Shown here piece after piece: positions 1 through 10,848 of a DNA stretch of 37,091 nucleotides (positions are counted from its first letter, which is position 1; every line of letters begins with the position of its first letter). A program made the position numbers and the translations under genes. The notes beneath the pieces were generated by a model. The model did not search any database and was not told the origin of the DNA. It worked only from the letters and a program-made list of their open reading frames with translations. Origin of the DNA: Perkinsus chesapeaki ATCC PRA-425. Its lineage: Eukaryota; Protista; Perkinsozoa. The DNA lies in the NCBI GenBank assembly GCA_013115145.1, contig JAAPAO010000355.1, positions 1 through 37,091 of the forward strand, in the 5' to 3' direction.

Positions 1-59
1 TGTGCAACGCGCTCTAAGGCAGAAATGTCGCGCTCGCCCAAGGGATCGATAATGTGAAG

Positions 60-240
60 ATCTCTCACACCAACGGCACTTTTGAAGTGATCAATTTCGG
101 CGTTATTCAGAGAGTACAGGGGCCGGAAGGGCATTCCATGCGTCGATAGCCTTGTACCAACGACGCCGAGAAAATACACTTCTTTCCACTTCTCGAAAAT
201 CCCAAACATTTGGCCAGTTCTTGTATGCAACCGTATATAC
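60..240 (-). pseudogene. Possible relic of a non-LTR retrotransposon ORF2 C-terminus
   Basis: The minus frame reads ...SVFSRRRWYKAIDAWNALPAPVLSE*, then in a shifted frame NAEIDHFKSAV. This resembles the WN-x-LP...FK tail of CR1/L2-type ORF2. It is short and has stops upstream. Confidence 0.3.
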
Positions 241-1430
241 AGTTACGCGAGACGCGTTTTGGTAAGAACTGTTATGGAAAAATTATCAGTTGATACGTGG
301 GTCTAGCTAGCATACATCAAAGGTGTCATTGAATCGACCTATATCGAATCTTAGGAATCATAGGATTTGTTGACAACAAATCGTTTAGTAAGTGCCGCCT
401 CTCCAATAAGTGATAGTATCTAGGGTTACTCTAATGACTACAACAGATCATACAGCTGCATCATTATCGGGTATACAACCTAATAGGATTGGAAGGTAAT
501 AAAAGGAAGTGGTGCAGTCTTTGGATTCACTAGTCACCATTTACTCAATAACGTAATGTACTTGTATTAATATTTATTATATAAGACGAAATTATCCGAA
601 TTCCTAGGTCCCATCCACGGACCTATTTAGCTGTTCCGTCCTCCTTGAGTAAGCTCTATCCACGGAGCGAGCATGTTCCCTGCCCTTGTTCTCCATTGAA
701 TATACGTCCCATCAATTCAGCATTATATTAATATTAATATATAATGTACAATGTATAAGATATTCTAATAAACGTATATCTTTATAAAGTACAATATATA
801 AGATATTCTCACGCCAATACGATGGAACGGGCTTTGCAAGTGTGGAGGATGTAGATGTATTATTCTGATTATATATTTATAAGTTCAACATTGTGCATTA
901 TAACTCTTCAGGACCGATTCAACCTTCTCCTATGCCACATCAATGGCAAGTAGATACAGTAATGATCCCCATTCTGTTTTATTAAGTCCCCCGCCTGATA
1001 TTGATGTCACCATATCTGCACATGCTTCGGATGTCTTATGGCCTATGAATATGGGGACTAGACAACAAATAGAGTTGGCCAAGGCACGGAATGCCACAGT
1101 ATCGGCGTTGAGGGGGATGAGGAAGCTGGAAAGTGAGGTAATAAGGACAAGGTCGATGGATGCGAAATATCCTCAAAAGGGATTCCGTTGGTATTGACAC
1201 TCGAATGCAGTGGGAATTGGCGAGCACGGAACCTTTTTGCAATGTTGGTGGTATTAATTGAGAAATTATAGTAATAGATGTTATTTAGTATTTACTGTGT
1301 TAAGCGCATTTACCTGTTCGACAGAGTGTCCGGAATTGGCTATTATTCCCTATAGGTTAAAGCGTTAAGAGGTCGACTGGAAGATTTAGAGGTTGAAAAG
1401 GCGCTTAATGAAAAGAGTTTGAGGGATGAG

Positions 1431-1491
1431 GTAGTACCGTAGTGGTATTCTGATAAGCGAAAGGTCTGTGGTTCGAACCTAACTCGTGGCA
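1431..1491 (+). pseudogene. Truncated tRNA-like or SINE-head relic
   Basis: A-box-like TACCGTAGTGGT and B-box GGTTCGAACC (1470-1479). No complete cloverleaf, and the 5' acceptor strand is missing. Confidence 0.3.
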
Positions 1492-4240
1492 TTTAAAATA
1501 TATTTTGAAGGCCGTTAAATGCCTTATATAGAGTTAATGAGAAGCTTGCTACTAGTCGCTTCGACAGCATATAGGGAAGAAAATAGATTACGTTATAGGA
1601 AATATAAATAGGAAAACCAACTTATCTAGGATACAGAGATCCTGTCGAAGTGTGGAGATGATCTCAGAAGACGCTCTTCTTCTTTTAGCTTTTTTCAAAG
1701 TCCCTTTCTGAAGTATATCAGCTCGTATATAATATAGAAGATCACCCCGGCATATCGTTTGTTGTTAGATAGAGCGTTTGAAGGCAGGAGAGGAGACCAT
1801 GTTATTGGATGATAACGCTGAGGATGATGATATACCCGATGAAGGAAGCAGTACTATTAGTAATATTAAACAGGATGGTGCTGATAATAATGGTGCTAAT
1901 AGGAGGTAATGAATGGGATGATTTAGTGGGGTGAAATAATAAGTTATAGATAGATAAATTATAAGTGTTATACTGTAAGATATTCCAGTTAAAGAGAGGT
2001 AAATTATAATAATACATATTATATTGTATATTGTAGGATTTGCTGCGGTGGAATTTATTTAGTGAGATTCGAATCAACCAGATCTGTATTGAGGACTCAA
2101 ATCGGCTATAGCATGTATGTGCTGCCAGCACATTTCTCTATGTAACGATTTTTTGTAAAGCCATTACTCAGAGCCTAATTAGAATATCACAATGTTTGAT
2201 GAGGCATTAGGAAGAGCTCGTAGAGAGCTTCAAGTTGGTACCTTACTCTGCTCGTAACTCTCACGCGCCAAAAAATTATGAGGTATGGGCCCTTTTTTCG
2301 CATCACCCTGTATAATGAAACTGTATGCCATATTGCCTAATCTAGAGGATTAGAAATACATCAACGACGGTATTCTTCGTGTTTCGGTATATCTGGTGAA
2401 AATTAAGAGTTAAGTGGCGAGCTTTCGGCAGTTCAGTTTTTGAAATATCCAGACATATACAAGTTGAATAGATAGGTTGGAGGTGTGATGCTGTACTCAG
2501 GTCTAGCGGTGAAGAAGGCTCTAAGAGATTCTTCGATCAAGCTATGGACCAAACGTAATAGGGGGGATTAGGAGGAGAAATCGGTATGATAGTTATCGCT
2601 TGTCTTTATTGAGAATGTATTATAAAGTGTATCTTAGAAACAACGTGGAGTCCATTGTGAATATGTGGAAGTGTATGGGCTGTTTTTACCGGCGTATCTT
2701 AGGTTGGAGAGTGCACGTCGTGAAGGTGATAGTAATAGATTTATGATGGGTCCTCCAGAAGGGCAAAGTGTAACATTAGAGATGGCTAATAGAGCTTTGG
2801 CGAATGGATGCAAGAAGAGGGATGAGGAGATAGCACGACTGAGGGTAATGAGTAAGGGGAAATGGCAGGTTTAAGGGCATTTTTGGTACACTAGTTGGTA
2901 GCAAATATATAATAATGAATTGTATGAGCATTTCTACGTTATTTTACTGTGCAGCACTTCTCTGCCTTTGACCAGGCAGCAGGCCAGGAGTTCCACTATA
3001 GGAGTAGGGCTGCCGGCTAGCCTGGTGTATTTATAAATTGTAGAATTAATGAATATGTGATAATAATTTACACCACTAATTAATATATAGTAATAAGTAA
3101 CTTGTATATATTTTTAATTACTAATTAGGATTTGCCGATAATCTTTCCAGTCCATCACTAAGTTGTTTCTGAAAAGATATCATCGGAAGGTTCTCGTCTC
3201 GGGGTGAATTATGGAAACTTTTTAAGAGACCTGAAACCCGAGAAGTTCGAGATTGGTGGGTATGTCAGGCTGAGCTGGAGCGAGTAACGAATGAGTTGAA
3301 TGAAATGCGAACGAAGGAGAGGATGCAAAAATCGGATAAAGGAGAATCTTCTTCCGAGGTTGAAAGCGCGGAAGATACAAAAGAGGTCAAGAAGGATACG
3401 AGGGATGAAGTGGTCGACTGGAAAACTGTTGTGAGATCGACGGCGGGCAAGGATGATGAAAATGCAGACACATCGGCTCCAGCTCAGAATACTGCCGCCC
3501 AGGAGGATAAAAAGAAGCAGAAATGGTAACCTATTTTGTATCTTTCGTGCTTGAACTCGAGATATTTCTTAGGTACAGGAAGCTGTTATGTTTTTCCTCG
3601 AGCGTTGAGGATCCGGCAAAGGTCAAACCAGCGGCCGGGGCTGACCAACCTTCGACACCTCCGGTTTTATCAGCACGAACTGAAGCCGCCACTAGCGCAC
3701 CTCATTCACCCTAAGATTATTAATACCGTATTTTCCTCAAATAACGTTGAAATTGGTGTATACTTGCATTCGATAACCGGCGACCCATAACGTACATTAG
3801 GACGGTTATCTCTACTGATATAAGCCAAGTCACCATCTTCATCATCATTAATATTGCAGATAACTTAATCCATTCCATCGGGGAGGTTATTGTTGCTGTT
3901 CGCGTTGGGTTTAGTTGTTAACAGTTGCAGTGGCAATGATGAGCAGATGGGCAATTTCGGCAACATCTTAGTATTTCGCTATGTCTATAATGTTAAGGTC
4001 GCAATCGAGAACCTATATTAGACTTCATAATGCGAATGAAAATGAATCGTCATTCAAGCTTCATATTAGGCGGAAGAATTTTGCTGAATGATACTGACAC
4101 GCAATGCTCCTGCCTGAATTTCTATTTGCAGTGGAGCAAGCATTTTTCCTAGTTGAGTTTTCGACCTTGCTTATGCGAAATTTTCGAATGTTTATTCCGA
4201 AATTTCGGGGGTATGCCTTGGGGGCGCCGTGGGGGCGGAG

Positions 4241-4448
4241 GTGGGCGAGTAGCATTAGGCTTGTTGCTTATCATGTGTTCGATATATTCAACACGGTTGA
4301 TAGTGGGCGAGTAGCATTAGGCTTGTTGCTTATTATGTATTCGATATATTCAACACGGTTGATAGTGGGCGAGTAGCATTAAGCTTGTTGCTTATTATGT
4401 ATTCGATATATTCAACACGGTTGATAGTGGGCGAGTAGCATTAAGCTT
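4241..4448. repeat. Tandem repeat, 62-bp unit, about 3.3 copies
   Basis: Units begin GTGGGCGAGTAGCATT at 4241, 4303, 4365 and 4427 and are nearly identical. Confidence 0.95.
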
Positions 4449-6481
4449 ATAATGTCAATTCCACCCAACAACGATCTCCGAGTCTCCCTAATTCCAGAGC
4501 ATGCTCAATGTACTGAATTCGATGACCATGCACCAGATGCTACTACTAAGTTCCATGAGATCGAGCCTGATATGGCTTATCACGGAGGAGGGGGTGGATA
4601 TAGCAGCCCTATAAGGACACATAGGAGCAACTCCGAGTGAGAGATTCCGATGCGGGGACCGGAAGTATCAACACCAAGTTATCTCTCGCAGCTCATGGAA
4701 GGCGGAGTCTTCACGAAGAGATATTTCACTAATAAAAGCTTAGACGAATATCCCGACTTTTTCCGGGGGAAAATCTCGTAAAGATGGTGTTGCATTTTAC
4801 GGGAATAATTGGGTCACCGCGGCGCAGGATGACGTGAGAAAACACTGAAGAGAGTATTCGCCGCCGCCTCGACTTGGTGAAGCGATTTAGGGCATCATCT
4901 GAAAGTAAAGGTGCGCCACAAATACAACAGATGCGTATGAAAATCAGGGAGGCATCTTGCCTCACAGAAGTGCATTTTCGGGGGTAGAAAAGGGCTCCTA
5001 ATACTGAAGTACGATGTGGACTTTACTGCTAGGAGATGTGTTCTTAGAGCAAAATGAAACATAAAATGCTTACTTCCTACTGGGCCTGACATGGGAGCAT
5101 CCGATGCTCCTCGATTACGATCTACATGTACCGGTGTATTCCTATTATTTTCTTCAGAAGACATTGAGGAGAATCTCCTCACTGTTTTCAGGAATCTAAT
5201 ATGCAATAAATAATGCATATAGATAAGGTATGATTATTTTATTAGTAATAACATAATCATAACTTTTACTATATATTATATACCGTACAGTGTACACTAT
5301 ACAGTAGATCTGCATTATAGATTCTTGGTAGAGACTCTCTATTACTACTAAACTATTCGAGAGTGCCCGAATAAACACATGCTGCATATTCGCCTACTCA
5401 TTCCCATCGCCACGGTAACTGTTTATTGTTTTCAGTGTAAATGACGTTAACCCGTTCACATCTCGATCACTTCTACGTGCGACACCAGGACTGCTGCCCC
5501 TCTCAACAGCGGAGCCTTTGTAGCATCCTCGAGGTATGTGGGTGTTGGCGCATCATTATCAGGTACGATTCGGTCCATACGGGCCTTGGTTCACCGTACG
5601 CTAATCGCAGTACGTGGGGATCGGTCGGTGATGACTATAAGGGAAATGCTTCTCTTTCCCCAATGTAGGTGGGGGAGATATACCGCATACCTTTGTATTA
5701 TCTGTATTGATTAATTCGGTGTACTATCTTGAGCCTGAGCAAAGGTCGTGATAGCACTGGAGAGACGGCCTTTGTTGCAGCAATCAGGAATACGGTCTCT
5801 AGTAAAATGATTATTCCTCATAATAATACACATCCATAATCTCTCCATCATCTACCTCGTTGTTGAACGTTATTATATCCCCCATCCTTTTCAGTCGTCG
5901 TCCCCGTTTGCTGTCTACTAGTATGGCTGATGTAAGTGACTTAATGTGTGGTATGTCGGATGAGGGTGGAATTAAAAGACGATTATCTACTGCTGGTAAG
6001 CATGCTGAACTCGTTAAATTTCGGGCGGATTTGTGCAAACACAACTGCGATATGTTCCTAGTTGGTTTTTCGGACCATTGCTCCGGAATGCTAAGGATAG
6101 CTTTCTATCTACTAAGGAATGCTTTAGTATCCCTGAAGCTATTCTATCTACAGTGTAGATCCACAACAAGCGAATACTCCCTCACGCCGTTCCTTTACAG
6201 GATGGTCTGACTAATGTTATGTTGTATATGGAGCAATAGTCGTCTGTTGGATGCTTGGGTCCCTAAGGACAACGGCCATGCTCTCAATATGATGCCGTGC
6301 GCATTCCGGAAGCCATATAGGCAATGAGAAGGGTTTTGTACCTGGGCGAGCAGCTTGCGTAGTTGCTTGCTTTGATATTATCCATGTGGCAGTTCGGCTG
6401 CGAGAGGTACTCACCGATTGTGCATCAGATGGTAGTTATTGGTGCGACTCTCGCACTGCGATATCTCGTTCGAGACTATAG

Positions 6482-6643
6482 CAACAAACCACAAGCACCT
6501 CCAACATCGCGGAGGCATTCAACCGCAAAATAAACAGATGGCTGGGGAGTCACAATCTTAGCGTCCTCTCTATCGTTTACAATTGCCTTGAACTTCACGG
6601 TGCAGCCGAATTTCACTTTAGACTTGCAAGGGGCATTCCTCGA
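6482..6643 (+). pseudogene. Possible MULE/IS256-like transposase C-terminal relic
   Basis: The frame reads TTSTSNIAEAFNRKINRWLGSH, resembling the T-N-N-x-x-E-x-x-N motif around the catalytic Glu. It is bounded by stops. Confidence 0.3.
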
Positions 6644-7153
6644 TGAGGAGGCGAAGATATGGGCATTGACTGTGATCGGTCCGGTATCTTTCCGCGTTCT
6701 TGTGACTGTTGTACAGCGTTGAAAGTGACCAATGCGTTCGAGGAGATCCTATTCTCGAAGGGCGTACCCAAGATGATGGTGACGGAGCTCGGCATGTGTT
6801 TACAATGCAAACCGTTCTTCAACTAAAGTGCACGCTAGGGTGTTCTACTTCCCTCAGTATGCCTGTCAATGGCAGACTGTCAAACTTCTGATGTGGTAGC
6901 TAAATAATGCGTCCAGGCTGGATACTGCAGTTAAAAATATAACTCTAAAATAATAATAACACTGTTCTAATCTCTCTGAGTCTCGTACTATAGCAGTACG
7001 TTGTACTCGGCGCGCGAACAAAACTAGTGGTCGGTTCACAATGAAACTTTACTTGTGAATCAATCAATATTAGTTTCATTATGAAACAGCGGCCGGCGCT
7101 GTGATAACAACTCAAAGTTGTTTTTCCGGCCAAGGAAGTATATTTTGCCGTTC

Positions 7154-8281
7154 ATGTCCATCTATCCTGAGCGGAACTGTAAGGAACATTCTTGACATCA
7201 GGCACGCCATCTGAGCGTCGAGCCAGGAAAGCATCCCCGGCTGGCGTCTCTACTGTACATACAACTTTCTCTATTTCCAGCGCCTTTGTTAATGTTGGTC
7301 TTTTGTCGGCACCCTATGCCTTCGCTAAAGTAAGTGTCGAGCACTATTTTTTATCCAAGTTGATTTGCTCAGAGTGGCTCGCTAAGCTTGGCAGTTCTCC
7401 CTATAGTATGCCTGCTTATGTTCAGTGCTGCCGAGAAGGTAAGAGTTGGTGGTGATGAGGGGATTACATACGAATAGTAATATACCGTCACATATCGGTA
7501 TATCTATGATATTACTGAAATTTCCAGCGTTAATGATATTATGGAAGTTCATTTAATAATGATACCTCCTGTATTTCTTTTTATAAGATTCATTTCAGGT
7601 TAAAGTATGCTTGAAGAGGCTCGACTCTGTCGTAAGATACCCTCTAGCTCCCCTAGAGAAGGATTTCTCTTTGATGGCTTATGTTTGTTTTGGTGAGATT
7701 GGCAGAAGTATAATTTCAACTGTATTTGTGGTGGAGCTAACTTCTGCTATGTTGACGTAAGTCTAATCGTATTGCGATTCCCTATGAACCAACTATTCCA
7801 CCAAAAACGTTAGTCTCAGAGTTACTTACACTTTTTAACCATTAATTGCATCTCTTTTCAACCAAAATTTGTCGTAAATGCCGGCCCTCTTCTTCTTTTA
7901 AATATATCCCTATTATAATTGAGGGCCCGTAACATTCTCCAGCTCTGATCCTCAGTAGTTGTTCAGTTGTAAACATACTGTAGTTCGCCATGCCGATAAT
8001 GCTATATAATGTTATACGCGACCAATCTCATAGTACTATTTTCATACCGTTCTCTCCACTACCTGTCTAATATGGAACTGTCTCTTCATAGTATCCCATT
8101 ATTAGATATTTCATAATGATAGAGAACTCAGTGGTGGCAACTATACCAACATGGAACAATCTAGGAGTAAGGCGGTGTATCTACTTAGTGATCTGATGCC
8201 CTTCTTCAGGTGTTGGTTGCATCGGGTATCTTCTCCTTCTTTCTGCTCTTCGTTCCAATGGACTGGTTAGCATCATTCCAA
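7154..8281 (+). CDS. Amino acid/auxin permease (Aa_trans) family transporter; multi-exon, 5' part only
   Basis: Spliced exons read STVHTTFSISSAFVNVGLLSAPYAFAK / SGSLSLAVLPIVCLLMFSAAE / IGRSIISTVFVVELTSAMLT / VLVASGIFSFFLLFVPMDWLASFQ, with GT-AG boundaries. The start and 3' end are uncertain. Confidence 0.65.
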
Positions 8282-8942
8282 GTAAGCGCTCTCGTTCATA
8301 TAATCGTCACAGGAATGTGTTCTTCGGAGGTCGAAAAGTGTTCCTAATGCGGAGGAGAAATGGAGGGGATTTCGATAGAAAATACGTTCCTAGGCCCAAA
8401 TACAACGCATACTTTTTTCTGGCAACATCCGATGCTGAGACTACCTTGGGGACTTTCTTTATGAAATATTGTCGTTCTGGCCGAGCAGTTGGAATGGAGC
8501 AGCTCAGTAATGGAATTATAGACGCAACTCGGTCTATAATTGATTCATCAAACTCCATTAATTGATAAAAAAGTCGATGAACTGAATGGCGGCGCTCATT
8601 GTTCCAATCTCGCCACCTTAACTACTCGAAATCCGACCTCTCCCTGCCATCAGGTTCTCTCATCAGGTTATTCGAGCTCGACTGCTCCTACGTGCGAACT
8701 TAGAGATGGGAAATCCTCTCCGTTATTTTCTCAGATCCTTATGTTCGAGATTTTTAAATCCCTATACGGGGGGGAAATTTCTGCAATGGGGAATTGGCCA
8801 TTGCGGTCAGCAGGAGGCTGGGGCTTGTGGCTTCCCAGTATTTTTGTTGAAACCGGTGTGAACTTGTCGGTGTTCCTCCGCCGGTGGGGAGAATTTTATT
8901 AATGGAAAAATTGGTTATTACGAGGTAATTAAGTAACTTGTG

Positions 8943-10756
8943 ATGGCAGCAGAGTCGCGGTCATTCTTGAGAGAGCTTCCAATGTTGAGAGTGACATTGT
9001 TGGGGATGGGGGGAAGTGGGAAGACGTCCCTCATCAATGCATTCGTAATAGTGGATATCGAGCAGCTCAAAGTGTTGAATAGGTTAATAACAATATCCTG
9101 GAAGCCCATATCCCGACCAGCAATCCAACTATTTATTATAAGGTAGGGCGATTATAGCTGAAGATGAAGGAAGTGCTTCTAGATGGTGCCATTGAGCGGA
9201 TCGCATGGCGAGCAGTCTTTGTTAGAGATCGAGGACACGTATTCGAGTTATAGGGCAGATGGTAAGGTAAGAAACGACAGCGGCAGGATTCGAACCTGCG
9301 CGGGCAGAGCCCAGTGGATTTCTAGTCCACCTCCTTAACCACTCGGACACGCTGTCTTGGCGGTGCTGTTGAGGGCTTGCTCCCGTCCGTGACAGGTCCT
9401 TAACGAGAATGGTCATATGGTTCCGAGAAATGTTAAGAACTTCCTCAGTTTGCGACGCTCCGCCCGAAGCCCCAAAGTAATGTGAACTCCTCGCAGCCCG
9501 AAGTACCCTTTTTAGGAAGAATCTAGCAACCACAATCTGCCATTCGAAAACGTCAACGTTCCGCGAGCTGGCAAGTAGTACGCGGCGTCACGTCACGCTA
9601 TTTCTCATCGTTCCCGTTTCAGGTATAACACTTGTGCAGATGGACGCATGGGGTTCATGATAGTGTTTGACAGTAAGTGGGGAATCGATCTTGCCTAGCA
9701 GCTCGGAGCCCACGAACGCCATAAATTTTTAGTGCAGAGATGGTGTTGTCGAAAGGGCATCTAGAGCTAGGGTAATTGTTTGACAGGCGCTTCACTATAA
9801 GGAAGCTACACTATAAGTTTCACTACTCACCGTAATTTACAAACTATCGCGCGGATGTCAGCTTTATGGTAAAAGGAGTTACCAGCAGCTTAGCGTTTTA
9901 CTGTCTTTCAACTTGAGTTCACTTTCACAGGTAGCAGTGAAGAGTCCTACGAGGAGGCGCTCAATATAGCGCTTCTTATGGAAGAGACATTCAAGAGGAA
10001 GCGAGCTAGAATAAAGCCAGTTGTTTATCTTGTTGCTAACAAGTGTGATTTGGATTCTGAAAGCTCAAGGTGAGGTATGTATTAAACTACATGTCCTGTG
10101 CAGGCTACTGCCTCCTGGGTGAGAGTAGTGTTGCTTAAGATAGGAAAGACATGATATATTGAAATATATAATGAAGTAAATATTAAAATATATAANNNNN
10201 NNNNNNNNNNNNNNNNNNNNNNNNNNNNNNNNNNNNNNNNNNNNNNNNNNNNNNNNNNNNNNNNNNNNNNNNNNNNNNNNNNNNNNNNNNNNNAATAAAG
10301 TAAATATTAAAATATATAATAAAGTAAATATTAAAATATATAATAAAGTAAATATTAAAATATATAATAAAGTAAATATTAAAATATATAATGAAGTAAA
10401 TATTGAAATATGTCATAAACTTCTCCTTGACGTGTCCAAACAAGCCTTCTTCCAATGCAGCCACATTCATTATTACTCTCCTCTATCTGTTTAGGTATCA
10501 GCAGATAGCTCACACTGCAGAGCTCTTCGCTCGTGAGAAAGGCATGCGATGCTGGCGAGTTTCAGCCAGAGACTTCCGACAAGTGGGAAAACTGTTCAGA
10601 GATATGGTCAGCGATATCCGTAGGAGTATCTTACGCACTATGAAGAATATCTTTTTAGGATCCGACCCAAGCCTTTGTTCCCATAGTGGCCTCTCAGACC
10701 AAATCCAGAACGTTGACGATAAACCCGAGCGAGCGACAGTTTGTTCAGTCCAATAG
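8943..10756 (+). CDS. Atypical Ras-superfamily small GTPase, multi-exon, C-terminal CaaX
   Basis: G1 LLGMGGSGKTS, G3-region LEIEDTY, GFMIVFD, G4 LVANKCD, G5 VSAR, and C-terminus CSVQ-stop at 10756. Exons are joined by GT-AG introns. Confidence 0.85.
9275..9356 (-). tRNA. tRNA-Ser (anticodon AGA), 82 nt, long variable arm
   Basis: The reverse complement is GACAGCGTGTCCGAGTGGTTAAGGAGGTGGACTAGAAATCCACTGGGCTCTGCCCGCGCAGGTTCGAATCCTGCCGCTGTCG, with all stems paired and A and B boxes intact. Confidence 0.97.
10157..10410. repeat. AT-rich 24-bp minisatellite in a GTPase intron, spanning an assembly gap (N at 10196-10293)
   Basis: The unit AAATATATAATAAAGTAAATATTA repeats on both sides of the N run. 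Confidence 0.9.
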
Positions 10757-10848
10757 GCGAACGCATGCTAAATTGAAAGCCTCTGTTTCGATCTCTGTGT
10801 TGGCGTTGTTAATAACGGATACTTTCCTGTCGATATTAGCGTTTAGCG

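Noticed and set aside
721-746. AT-only nested palindrome CATTATATTAATATTAATATATAATG as a scar
   Set aside because: Low complexity, even-centred, and does not fit the 7+8+7 geometry.
4241-4448. CRISPR-like array
   Set aside because: The units are fully repeated with no unique spacers, the context is eukaryotic, and there are no cas genes.
943-5400. Short ORFs (943, 2665, 3296, 4452 and others) as genes
   Set aside because: No domain recognised, and frames are interrupted by stops. Probably decayed elements, but not assignable.
10183-10470. ORF with a repeated IYFNIYFI sequence
   Set aside because: It is a translation of the minisatellite across the N gap.
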